A stretch of DNA of 64,000 nucleotides from Syntrophaceae bacterium (GTDB lineage Bacteria; Desulfobacterota; Syntrophia; Syntrophales; UBA2185), in assembly GCA_003153775.1 (NCBI GenBank), contig PMBI01000043.1:33851-97850 (forward strand), written 5' to 3'. The position numbers were made by a program, and so were the translations under genes. Positions 29,464-38,531 of the stretch are shown here, piece after piece; position 1 is the first letter of the stretch; the number at the start of each line of letters is the position of its first letter. A model generated the notes under the pieces. It made no database searches and had not been told where the DNA came from. It saw only the letters and a list, made by a program, of their open reading frames with translations.

Positions 29464-30123
29464 TCAATTGGCGGATGTCTTGTTCAACTGTTGCCGTCCC
29501 CGTGGCGTTAATACAAGCTTAAGCTGATTGCCGCTACTTAACTCCTGCGCGACTGCTCCTTTGGCCATGAGCAGAGAGACGGTTTCATCAAAATCCTTTT
29601 GCGATATTTCTGTATTCTCCATAAGGTCTGTCAGAGTCAGTTTTGCATCTTCTGCAACTGCCAGCTCCCGCAAGATTCTTGACTGGTTTTCTGGTTTCTT
29701 TGCCTTGTCAGGGCTCCTTACAGGCGGCGCCTTAAGTACTTGTTCTTCTATTCTGTCAGGCTGAGCGCCGTTCTTATCAACAGCCTGAGCATACTGCCTT
29801 TCATGTTTTAATCTGCTCCCATACATACGCTCAAGAAATCTGGTGGAGAACACCGCACAAATAACGCATAACCCGCTTAGGGTAAAGAGCTTCAGCGGTC
29901 TCGTCTGCCCGGACTCGAGCAAATCACTGGACAGCAGGTTGAGTAACAGCGGGACCATCAATGCAGCGACTACGCCTATCAAGCTGTGTTTGATAATTAA
30001 ACTAAAAAATGGCTGATCGTCTCGCGCGCTCACGAGGGCGCTTACCATACCGCCCAAGGCCCCCGATATGACCATTATCCCGACAATCAGTATTATGTAA
30101 CTTTCTGGTATGAGTTCTGGCAT
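29464..30123 (-). CDS. hypothetical membrane protein with C-terminal winged-helix-like domain
   Basis: There are three or four N-terminal hydrophobic helices. The C-terminus (SRILRELAV...LTLTDLMENTEISQKDFDETVSLLMAKGAV) looks like a wHTH. I recognise no family. Confidence 0.5.
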   Translation of the reverse strand: MPELIPESYIILIVGIMVISGALGGMVSALVSARDDQPFFSLIIKHSLIGVVAALMVPLLLNLLSSDLLESGQTRPLKLFTLSGLCVICAVFSTRFLERMYGSRLKHERQYAQAVDKNGAQPDRIEEQVLKAPPVRSPDKAKKPENQSRILRELAVAEDAKLTLTDLMENTEISQKDFDETVSLLMAKGAVAQELSSGNQLKLVLTPRGRQQLNKTSAN

Positions 30124-30160
30124 TTATCGCTCTGCTTCATTGACCGTCTGACCCCTGGCC

Positions 30161-30853
30161 TCAAAAATGCACCCACATTTCAAGCGATCCTTTTTGCGCC
30201 CGGGGATAACTCTTTCCGAGATACTTGATCTTTAGATTAATCTTATTAGAAGAAATTGAATGTGCGAAAAAATCGTTAAACTGCTTCTGCAGGAACAGCG
30301 CCGCCTGTCTGTCTTCACCATGAAAATACCTGATGTCTCTCCAGTTGTGCTGTATCCTCTCCATGTCAAGGGAGGTATATCCCTGTGTCCGTAAGAAATC
30401 GGAAAATGCCACAGCCATTTCCTTGTCCTCTTGCCTGGCATAGTGGATGTGTACCTTGCTAACCGCGGGGTATGCAGCGATATCCTTTATGGTCTCTACT
30501 CCCTCCGCCTTTCTTTGCGGGGCAATTGATTCCCTCTCAGGAACTGCCGTCTTTTCGGCGTTGCCACCCGGTTTCGCCGCATTCAGGCTGTTCATCACGG
30601 ACCTGAGCTGCTGCAACTCCTGCAAGGTCTCATCCGCCTTTTTCAGCAGTACCTCGGCATTCGGAGCTCTCTTCTGATTCATGTTAGCAAGATTGGCAAT
30701 CAGAAACCCGGCGCCCAAACCAATCAGCAAGCCGGCTATAAACGTCAATATAAAATGTCTCTTATGGATATATTCGACGGACTTCGTCAAAGCTTTAATC
30801 AAAACACGCAATTCGTGTTCGGTGACAATGGGAGCTGATGCATCTTTATCCAT
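30161..30853 (-). CDS. hypothetical single-pass membrane protein (C-terminal LytR_C-like fold?)
   Basis: It has one TM helix (FILTFIAGLLIGLGAGFLIANL), a coiled linker and a C-terminal alpha/beta domain (VHIHYARQEDKEMAVAFSDFLRTQGY...IRYFHGEDRQAALFL). The family assignment is tentative. Confidence 0.45.
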   Translation of the reverse strand: MDKDASAPIVTEHELRVLIKALTKSVEYIHKRHFILTFIAGLLIGLGAGFLIANLANMNQKRAPNAEVLLKKADETLQELQQLRSVMNSLNAAKPGGNAEKTAVPERESIAPQRKAEGVETIKDIAAYPAVSKVHIHYARQEDKEMAVAFSDFLRTQGYTSLDMERIQHNWRDIRYFHGEDRQAALFLQKQFNDFFAHSISSNKINLKIKYLGKSYPRAQKGSLEMWVHF

Positions 30854-31523
30854 TCTTTATTGCACCTGAGGAAAACTGGCCCGCTCCGTAAACCCAGAGT
30901 GCGGAAAAGTCGTCATTTGTAACAGCGAATATCAGCCCGTTCGAGATTATGACAACAGGTCAAATTATATATATGCCAATATAAAGCCGCCAGTAGTCTT
31001 AAATGTTTTTACCGGAGATTACAAGCGCATACTTAATAAGACGCCAAATTACAAAAGGTTCGATACCCCCCACCATTCAATTGTATTTGAACCTATAGAC
31101 TGCTTAGATTGCAGGCGATACAGCCTTTCCTGATTTGCGTATCTAAATAATTTCACAAAGAAAGTCAGACAGCCGACCAAAAGTTCGGGTATCCCCATAA
31201 AAAAGCAGACTGTTAAAACATGTCGTAAAATAGTGCGGTACCGTCCATTTTCTCTAAAGTATACGCCCAAGAGCGCCGATAATCCTGTTCAAGGAACCAT
31301 TAATCTTTCTTTGATTAATTGCGTCAAGAAACTCGTTAAGTATTTTCGCATACTCTATGTATTGCGGCAAATACGTTGTGCCTTAAAGAGTTGATCATTC
31401 TTAAGCAACAAGAATATATTCGTTACGTTGATAACTAATTGATGGCAGCAGCGGCACGAGATTAGGACAACTCATCGTTGGAAAAAATAGGGGATCGCAA
31501 CTATTAAAAAGGGCTGGGACAGG

Positions 31524-33272
31524 ATGGAGCAGCAGGACAATAAATTACAGGCAGAAGGTGTGAAAGACAAACAAACCGTGGAACTGCCTAAGGAGAATGT
31601 TCCTCAAATTCTGGTTGTGGATGATGCCCCGGACATTATCGCGCTGCTTACGGAGACTCTTACCAGACAGGGCTATCGCGTTCGGTCAGCCTCGAGCGGC
31701 GCCGAGGCGCTGAGTTCATTCGCAGCAGAAGTGCCGGACTTGATCCTATTGGACATAAGAATGCCGGATATGGACGGTTATGAGGTCTGCCATCATCTAA
31801 AATCCAACGGACAGGGTCACGGTATGCCGGTAATTTTCATAAGCAGCCTTGATGAGACCATCGATATCGCGAAGGGCTTTCAAGCCGGCGGCATTGACTA
31901 TATCACCAAACCTTTTCACTTGCATGAGGTCTTGGCAAGAGTTGAAACACACATTTCATTGCGCCGTTTGCAGATGCAACTGGAAGAGAAAAATACCCAA
32001 CTTCAGCAGGAAATCGTGGACAGGGAGCGGGCTGAAGGGGAGTTAAAAAAACACAGATCGCACCTGGAAGAAACTGTTTTCCGGCGGACGGCTGACCTCA
32101 GGAGAATTAATGACGAACTGCAACATGAAGTTGTCGAGCGCGAAAAGATGGAAGGTGTGCTGGAGCAGACCAATTACAAACTTCACTCCATGGTATATGA
32201 ATACGGTTTGCGTCAACAGAGGCTCAACTTGTTCAATCAAATGTCGGAGAAACTTCAGCGCTGCATCTCCCTGGAGGAAACGTACCCCGTCATAAGCCAA
32301 TTCGCTCAGGATTTATTTCCTCTTGCGGCCGGATCCCTTTTCATGCTCAGCTCTCCCCAGAATTTATTTGAGGCTGTAACTTCCTGGGGAAAGGCGCTGT
32401 CCGGGGAAAAAACTTTCCCCGCAGAAAATTGTTTCGCTCTTCAGGAAGGAAAAATACACATTACTGCCGATTTCCGCTCGGATTCATGCTGCCGGCATAT
32501 CTTAGGCGGCGGCAGGAAAAGCGGTTTGTGCGTTCCCTTGATGGCACAGGGAGAGACCCTGGGAATGCTTCATTTGCAGCAGAGGATTTCCCCATCAACT
32601 TCCGCCCAGCCTGGATTTGATGAACTTTCGGAAGGATTTAATGACGAGATGCAGCAACTGACCGTAACGGTGGCTGACTATCTGGTTCTGGCGCTCTCAA
32701 ATATAAAGCTTAGAGATACGTTGAAACAACAGGCTATTCATGATCCCCTTACGGGTCTTTTCAATCGCCGCTACATGGAGGAAACTCTAATCCGGGAAAT
32801 AAGTCGAGCCAAGCGTTACGAAACTCCCCTCGGAATTATTATGATAGACCTCGACCACTTCCGACGATTCAACAATACTTTCGGCCATGAGGCAGGCGAC
32901 TTGGTACTCCGTGACCTGGGGAAATTCCTGCAAAGCAACATTCGCAAAGAAGATGTCGCCTGCAGGTACGGCGGTGAAGAATTTACCCTTATATTACCCG
33001 GGGCCCCTATGGATATAACCGAAAAACGCGCCGAGACGTTAAGGACGCTCGTACAGGATTTGGAGATTTACTATAACGGCAGGCCGCTTGACAGCATCAC
33101 GCTTTCCCTGGGAGTCGCCAGCTTTCCGGAGCATGGAGGGACAGGAGAGACAGTTCTCCAGGCCGCCGATGCCGCCCTTTACGCTGCGAAGCGCGCCGGG
33201 CGCAACAAAGTATCAACCGCGGGCAAAGAAGAGCCGGCGCGTACTGCTCAAATCTACTCTTTCAGCAATTAA
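31524..33272 (+). CDS. response regulator receiver - coiled coil - GAF - GGDEF diguanylate cyclase
   Basis: The REC domain has ILVVDD...DLILLDIRMPDMDG...KP. The GGDEF domain has DPLTGLFNRR and RYGGEEF. Confidence 0.88.
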   Translation: MEQQDNKLQAEGVKDKQTVELPKENVPQILVVDDAPDIIALLTETLTRQGYRVRSASSGAEALSSFAAEVPDLILLDIRMPDMDGYEVCHHLKSNGQGHGMPVIFISSLDETIDIAKGFQAGGIDYITKPFHLHEVLARVETHISLRRLQMQLEEKNTQLQQEIVDRERAEGELKKHRSHLEETVFRRTADLRRINDELQHEVVEREKMEGVLEQTNYKLHSMVYEYGLRQQRLNLFNQMSEKLQRCISLEETYPVISQFAQDLFPLAAGSLFMLSSPQNLFEAVTSWGKALSGEKTFPAENCFALQEGKIHITADFRSDSCCRHILGGGRKSGLCVPLMAQGETLGMLHLQQRISPSTSAQPGFDELSEGFNDEMQQLTVTVADYLVLALSNIKLRDTLKQQAIHDPLTGLFNRRYMEETLIREISRAKRYETPLGIIMIDLDHFRRFNNTFGHEAGDLVLRDLGKFLQSNIRKEDVACRYGGEEFTLILPGAPMDITEKRAETLRTLVQDLEIYYNGRPLDSITLSLGVASFPEHGGTGETVLQAADAALYAAKRAGRNKVSTAGKEEPARTAQIYSFSN

Positions 33273-33304
33273 CTTCCCGCCAGGTGTTTTCTCATTCCTG
33301 CTTC

Positions 33305-33334
33305 TTGACTTACTATCCTGTGCTGTCTTATAAT
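33305..33334 (+). promoter_or_regulatory. sigma70-type promoter upstream of the XRE/cupin-OFOR cluster
   Basis: The -35 is TTGACT (33305-33310), the spacer is 18 nt, and the -10 is TATAAT (33329-33334). Confidence 0.55.
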
Positions 33335-33416
33335 CTCGTCCGTAAGAAACGGCAGCCCTGAAATTTACTTTCAAACAGATTGTTTCACCGTAAATGACTT
33401 CCGCCGAGGTGCAGAG

Positions 33417-34022
33417 ATGGCAAGAAATAATGATATGAATAGGTCCGGCGAGGGACTAAAGATCGGACGCGTCGTAAAAGAACTCCGGCACAAGAAACAG
33501 ATCACTCTTCATGATCTCGCAGCGAAGACCGGTATCGCCAAGACCGTTCTGGATGAGATTGAAAATGGCGATGTGGTACCCCCTGTGGCCACACTCCTGA
33601 AACTGGCGAGGGCGTTCAACGTTGGCATGGCCTCTTTCTTCGAGGAGGAAGCGGCTGATACGAAAATATCCGTCACCCGCAGCGGCGAAAGAGTCAAGAT
33701 AAAACGCCGTCCCCACCATCACCATGAAGGTGAGATCGATTATATTTACGAATCCCTTGAAACGCACAAGGGCGACAAGCATATGGAACCTCTCCTGGTG
33801 GAGTTTCAGCCCGTGGATACGGGTGATATGGTGTTTACAAACCACGAAGGTGAAGAATTCTTATTTGTCCTCGAAGGGAGGCTGGAATTCCGGACCGACG
33901 AGCGTGTGGAAAGGCTTGATCCGGGCGACACAATCTACTTTGAATCGGACATAAATCACGGCCTCCGGTCTCTCGGCGGAAAACCGGCCAGGGCAATAGC
34001 TGTGGTATGGAGCAAGGCATAA
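33417..34022 (+). CDS. XRE-family HTH + cupin domain transcriptional regulator
   Basis: The N-terminal HTH_3 region is IGRVVKELRHKKQITLHDLAAKTGIAKTVLDEIENG. The C-terminal cupin is HEGEEFLFVLEGRLEF...GDTIYFES..NH. Confidence 0.85.
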   Translation: MARNNDMNRSGEGLKIGRVVKELRHKKQITLHDLAAKTGIAKTVLDEIENGDVVPPVATLLKLARAFNVGMASFFEEEAADTKISVTRSGERVKIKRRPHHHHEGEIDYIYESLETHKGDKHMEPLLVEFQPVDTGDMVFTNHEGEEFLFVLEGRLEFRTDERVERLDPGDTIYFESDINHGLRSLGGKPARAIAVVWSKA

Positions 34023-34040
34023 ACATGCGGACAGTTGACT

Positions 34041-34643
34041 ATGCTTGAAATCCGCTTTCACGGGCGCGGCGGCCAGGGCACCGTAGTTGCAACAATCCTG
34101 CTGGCCAAGGCTTTCTTCCGCGCCGGCTACCAGGTGCAAAGTTTTCCTTTCTTCGGCGTAGAAAGGCGGGGAGCCCCTGTGGAGGCTTATGTCCGTCTTG
34201 ACAAGGAAAAGATTTTGCTGCGGACAAATGTGAATTACCCTGATCACGTAGTGGTCCAGGATCAGACTCTTCTCCACAGTATTAGCGTTACACGGGGACT
34301 CAAGCCGGGCGGATGGGTGCTTATCAACGGCTCCGCCGCCCCCATCGAACGAAAGCCGTTCGAAGGCTACCGGCTGGCCTTTGCAGATGCAAACCGGATC
34401 GCCTTAAGAAACCAACTGGGTACGAGGACCCATCCTATCGTCAACACAGCCATGATGGGGGCCTTTGCGCGTATGATGGATATGCCTCCCTTGGATGCCA
34501 TCCGCGCCGTCATTGAGGAGGAAATACCCGACACACATAAGCAAAATATTGCGGCTGCAGAAGACGCTTACAGGGAAGTCCAGCTTCTGGGACTCATAGA
34601 ACCTGCTTCCGCACCGGGCCCAGTGACAGCCGGAAATTCATAG
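34041..34643 (+). CDS. 2-oxoacid:ferredoxin oxidoreductase, gamma subunit
   Basis: IRFHGRGGQGTVVATILLAKA...FGVERRGAP is the POR/VOR gamma signature. The ATG is at 34041, and the ORF track starts at a TTG at 34035. Confidence 0.88.
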   Translation: MLEIRFHGRGGQGTVVATILLAKAFFRAGYQVQSFPFFGVERRGAPVEAYVRLDKEKILLRTNVNYPDHVVVQDQTLLHSISVTRGLKPGGWVLINGSAAPIERKPFEGYRLAFADANRIALRNQLGTRTHPIVNTAMMGAFARMMDMPPLDAIRAVIEEEIPDTHKQNIAAAEDAYREVQLLGLIEPASAPGPVTAGNS

Positions 34644-34654
34644 GGGAATGAAAC

Positions 34655-36403
34655 ATGAATGAAGCAGACACCCTTTCTCCTCTATTGATTCCCTGTTCTT
34701 CCCAATCTACGGAAAGCAATAAAACAGGGTCGTGGCGCTTTCTGCGTCCTCAGTTCGATGAGAAAACATCACCGTGCAGCGCGACCTGTCCAGCGGGCGA
34801 AGACATCGCTCGCATCGAAATGCTGAGCGCCCAGGGATCATTCAAGGAGGCCTGGGAAATGATTCTCCAGGAAAACCCGTTCCCCGGCGTCTGTGGGCGT
34901 GTTTGTCCCCATCCCTGCGAGGGGGTATGCAACCGCCGGGAGTTCGACGAAGCCATAGCCATTCACTCCATAGAACGCTTTCTTGCAGAGACCGCCGGCC
35001 GTTATGACCTGAAGCCCATTCTCACGCGACTCGCAGCCAAGAAACAGAGAATAGCAATAGTCGGCGCAGGGCCTGCAGGCCTCTCAGCCGCATATTTCCT
35101 CGCGCTTTTGGGATATTCCTGCGATGTCTTTGAGGCTATGCCTGAGCCTGGCGGGGTATTGCGCTGGGGGATACCCGTCTACCGTCTTCCCCTGGCGGCG
35201 CTGAGAAGCGACATAGCTAACATCGAAGCACAGAACGTCCGTATCCTGACAGGGCAAAAGATTGGAAGCGAATTTTTGCAAGATGCCGCAGGACGTTACG
35301 ATGCGGTCTTCATGGGCTGCGGACATTCCCGCACAGTGAAGCTGGGAGTTCCCGGCGAGAAGACGAATGCGATCGAAAACGGGCTCCAGTTCCTTGGGCA
35401 GCTTCGTCAGGGTAACACGATTCCTCTCCTTGGTGTCTCCGCCGTCATCGGCGGCGGGAACACGGCAATAGACGTGGCGAGGAGCGTCATCCGCTGCGGC
35501 GGGAAGGCCGTCATTTTATACAGACGCCGGCGGCGCGATATGCCGGCCTTTGAGGAAGAGGTACAAATGGGCATCGAGGAGGGCGTGGAACTGAGGGAAC
35601 TGGTCACTCCTTTAGGAATAACAACAGACGGAGCACAATACACTTTAACACTTCAGGAGATGAAAATCTCCGGAGAAGACAGCCGCGGCCGGGCTAACAT
35701 TCTCCCGGATGAAGGAAAGACCCGTGAACTCCGCGTTGAGCGGGTCTTCAAGGCGACCGGCGCGGAACCGGCAGAAGACTGGTACAATCCCCCGGATAAG
35801 ACCAAGGTATCCCTTACGCTCTCCCATACCATTCTGATCTCTCCGGAAAGCGGACCTGCATTGGCTTTCGGAGGAGATCTTACAAATGAAACAAAGAGCG
35901 TCGCCCATGCCGTCGCTTCCGGTAAACAGGCCGCGATGGCCCTCGATATTTTCTTTCACGGCGGTATGGAGGCCATCGTGCCGAAACTCGCGGAATGCCG
36001 GGTGGGACAGGGACCATCACTTTCCATGGAAATGTACATGGAAGGAAGCCGCCGCCTCAGAAATACCCATGTTGTGAGCTACGAAGAAATCAATACCGAC
36101 CATTTCCAGTTCCAGCCCCGGATTACTCGGCCGCGCCTCTTGAAAGAGGAGCGGCGAACTTCCTTCAAGGAGATCGATCTGAAGATTTCCACCAATCTGG
36201 CCATCAGGGAGGCCGAGCGCTGTTTCAACTGCGGAATCTGCAATCAGTGCGATAACTGCTACATGTTCTGCCCTGATATTGCAGTTATCCGGGAAAAGAA
36301 TAACAACGAACGCCACATCAACTACGACTACTGCAAGGGCTGCGGACTCTGTGTGGTGGAGTGCCCGCGTAATGCCATGACCCTCAGGGAGGAAGATATA
36401 TGA
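34655..36403 (+). CDS. GltD-like NAD(P)H flavin oxidoreductase fused to OFOR delta-type 2x[4Fe-4S] ferredoxin domain
   Basis: The N-terminus has Cys-rich clusters (CPAGEDI, CGRVCPHPCEGVC) and the dinucleotide fold IAIVGAGPAGLSAAYFL...GGVLRWGIP, as in glutamate synthase small-subunit-like proteins. The C-terminus, CFNCGICNQCDNCYMFCPD...CKGCGLCVVECP, is a PorD-type domain. Confidence 0.8.
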   Translation: MNEADTLSPLLIPCSSQSTESNKTGSWRFLRPQFDEKTSPCSATCPAGEDIARIEMLSAQGSFKEAWEMILQENPFPGVCGRVCPHPCEGVCNRREFDEAIAIHSIERFLAETAGRYDLKPILTRLAAKKQRIAIVGAGPAGLSAAYFLALLGYSCDVFEAMPEPGGVLRWGIPVYRLPLAALRSDIANIEAQNVRILTGQKIGSEFLQDAAGRYDAVFMGCGHSRTVKLGVPGEKTNAIENGLQFLGQLRQGNTIPLLGVSAVIGGGNTAIDVARSVIRCGGKAVILYRRRRRDMPAFEEEVQMGIEEGVELRELVTPLGITTDGAQYTLTLQEMKISGEDSRGRANILPDEGKTRELRVERVFKATGAEPAEDWYNPPDKTKVSLTLSHTILISPESGPALAFGGDLTNETKSVAHAVASGKQAAMALDIFFHGGMEAIVPKLAECRVGQGPSLSMEMYMEGSRRLRNTHVVSYEEINTDHFQFQPRITRPRLLKEERRTSFKEIDLKISTNLAIREAERCFNCGICNQCDNCYMFCPDIAVIREKNNNERHINYDYCKGCGLCVVECPRNAMTLREEDI

Positions 36404-37548
36404 AACGGGTCATTGAAGGAAGCCATGCTGTTGCCGAGGCAGTGCGTCTGGCGGGGGTTCAGGTGATTTCGGCATATCCCATTACCCCCCAAACGCACAT
36501 CGTTGAGCTTCTCTCGGAATACTGTGCCAGCGGGATCATGGATGCGCGTTTCCTCCGCGTGGAAAGCGAGCATTCCGCCCTGGCGGCGCTGATCGGGGCA
36601 CAGAGCTGCGGGGTGCGGACCTTCACAGCCACATCATCGCAGGGACTTGCCTTGATGCACGAACTCCTGCACTGGACATCGGGTGCACGGCTGCCCATCG
36701 TCATGGCCGAGGTAAACCGTGCTCTTGCCCCTGGTTGGAACATCTGGACAGATCAGACGGACAGCCTCGCCCAGCGCGACACCGGATGGATACAACTCTA
36801 CTGCGAAGACGGCCAGGAAGTCCTGGATTCAATGCTCCAGGCGTATCGGCTGGCGGAGCGTGTATACCTGCCGGTGATGGTGGTTCTTGATGCCTTTTAC
36901 CTCTCCCACACCTACGAGCCTGTCGATGTGCCTGCAGAGGCAGACGTTGACCGTTTCCTTCCCCGGTATGAACCCCGATTTCAGGTCGATACGGAAAATC
37001 CCTGCGCCTTCGGACAGCTTGTACCGCCAGGCTTCTACATGAAAATGCGCCAGAACATCGCCATGGCCATGGACGAGGCCTTGGTTCGCTTCGACCAAAT
37101 CCAGGAAGAATTTTACGGGATATTCCAGCGCCGCTATGGTCCCGTGGAGGCCATATCTTGTAACGATGCAGAAATCATTCTCGTGACCTCGGGAACGGCA
37201 ACCAGTACATGCCGCCTGGTACTGAGGAAACTGAGGGACAGGGGCGAAAAGGTCGGTATTCTGAAAATGAAGTTGTTCCGTCCCTTCCCCGTTGCCATGG
37301 TCAGAAAAGCCACTTCGCGGGCAAAAAAAATTGCTGTCATCGACCGGAACTTTTCCTTCGGGGCCAGCGGCATCTTTGCCCAAGAGCTGCGCGCCGCATT
37401 ATGCAACACCCCCGGACGTCCTCCAGTTTTCGGCTATATCGCGGGAATCGGCGGCCTCGACATAACGATGGAACTGCTCGAAGAAATATACTGGAAGACC
37501 AAGGAGGCAGCATACCCGGAAAATGAAAGCGTGTGGATGGGAGTTTAA
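36400..37548 (+). CDS. 2-oxoacid:ferredoxin oxidoreductase, alpha subunit
   Basis: GSHAVAEAVRLAGVQVISAYPITPQT...ESEHSA is the POR/VOR alpha N-terminal signature. The start overlaps the upstream stop (ATGA). Confidence 0.88.
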   Translation: MKRVIEGSHAVAEAVRLAGVQVISAYPITPQTHIVELLSEYCASGIMDARFLRVESEHSALAALIGAQSCGVRTFTATSSQGLALMHELLHWTSGARLPIVMAEVNRALAPGWNIWTDQTDSLAQRDTGWIQLYCEDGQEVLDSMLQAYRLAERVYLPVMVVLDAFYLSHTYEPVDVPAEADVDRFLPRYEPRFQVDTENPCAFGQLVPPGFYMKMRQNIAMAMDEALVRFDQIQEEFYGIFQRRYGPVEAISCNDAEIILVTSGTATSTCRLVLRKLRDRGEKVGILKMKLFRPFPVAMVRKATSRAKKIAVIDRNFSFGASGIFAQELRAALCNTPGRPPVFGYIAGIGGLDITMELLEEIYWKTKEAAYPENESVWMGV

Positions 37549-37558
37549 GAGGTGATTC

Positions 37559-38440
37559 ATGGAACTCGATACGAAAGATGATGAGTACATGTACTCGGGA
37601 CACGTCGGCTGTCCCGGATGCGGCGCGGCCATCGCCATGCGGTTCACACTGAAGGCCCTCGGGGCAAAGACTATCGTGGTGCTGCCGGCGTGCTGCTGGT
37701 CCATTATTGCCGGCCCTTATCCGCAGTCGACCCTGAAGGTTCCTGTCATCCACTCCGCTTTCGAGACCGGCGGGGCCGTAGCGAGCGGTGTCCGGGCCGC
37801 CCTCGATGTGAAAGGTGATACGGAGACCACCGTCGTCACCTGGGCTGGTGACGGCGGCACTTTCGATATCGGTTTTCAGGCCCTGAGCGGCGCCGTTGAA
37901 AGGAACGAGGATTTCATCTACGTGTGCTACGACAACGAGGCATACATGAATACGGGTGTACAGCGCAGCTCGTCCACGCCTTACGGCGCCTGGACGACAA
38001 CCACACCCGGGCAGGATTGGAAAAAAATGCGCAAGAAGAACATCGTTGAGGCGCTGGTTGCCCACCGTATTCCATATGCCGCTACGGCAAACATCGCCTT
38101 TCCTGAGGATCTCGTCCGCAAAGTTCAGAAGGCCAAGGCCTTGAAGGGTTCCAAGTTCATCCACGTCTATGCAAGCTGTCCCACGGGATGGCGCATCCCC
38201 TCGGAGATGTCCGTCAAAATTGCCCGCATGGCGGTGCAGACGAATATCTTCCCTCTTTATGAAGTCGAAAATGGCAACAAATACACTATCAACTACAAAC
38301 CCAAGGAATACCTCGTGAGAGAGTATTTCAAGCTTCAGGGACGGTTCAGGCATCTGACGGACAGAGACCTGGATCAAATTCAGGAGATGGTGAACGAGGA
38401 CTGGGAAGTCCTCCTTCGCAAGGCCGCCGAGCGCGTCTGA
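37559..38440 (+). CDS. 2-oxoacid:ferredoxin oxidoreductase, beta (TPP-binding) subunit
   Basis: CPGCG, GDGGTFDIG (the TPP GDG motif) and CYDNEAYMNTG are present. The RBS is AAGAGG. Confidence 0.88.
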   Translation: MELDTKDDEYMYSGHVGCPGCGAAIAMRFTLKALGAKTIVVLPACCWSIIAGPYPQSTLKVPVIHSAFETGGAVASGVRAALDVKGDTETTVVTWAGDGGTFDIGFQALSGAVERNEDFIYVCYDNEAYMNTGVQRSSSTPYGAWTTTTPGQDWKKMRKKNIVEALVAHRIPYAATANIAFPEDLVRKVQKAKALKGSKFIHVYASCPTGWRIPSEMSVKIARMAVQTNIFPLYEVENGNKYTINYKPKEYLVREYFKLQGRFRHLTDRDLDQIQEMVNEDWEVLLRKAAERV

Positions 38441-38531
38441 ATTAAACAAATGAGAACAAAACATATGATGGCTCAAGAAATAAGTACCGCAGAAACTCTG
38501 ATAGATATAAACCTCAGAATGGAGGCATTAA

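Noticed and set aside
37337-38476. A 379-aa ORF on the minus strand, one of the longest in the window.
   Set aside because: It lies entirely antisense to the well-supported OFOR alpha and beta genes. Its translation is Arg/Gly/Pro/Ala-rich with no recognisable motif, no RBS and no sensible start context. This is a typical shadow ORF of a GC-rich coding region.
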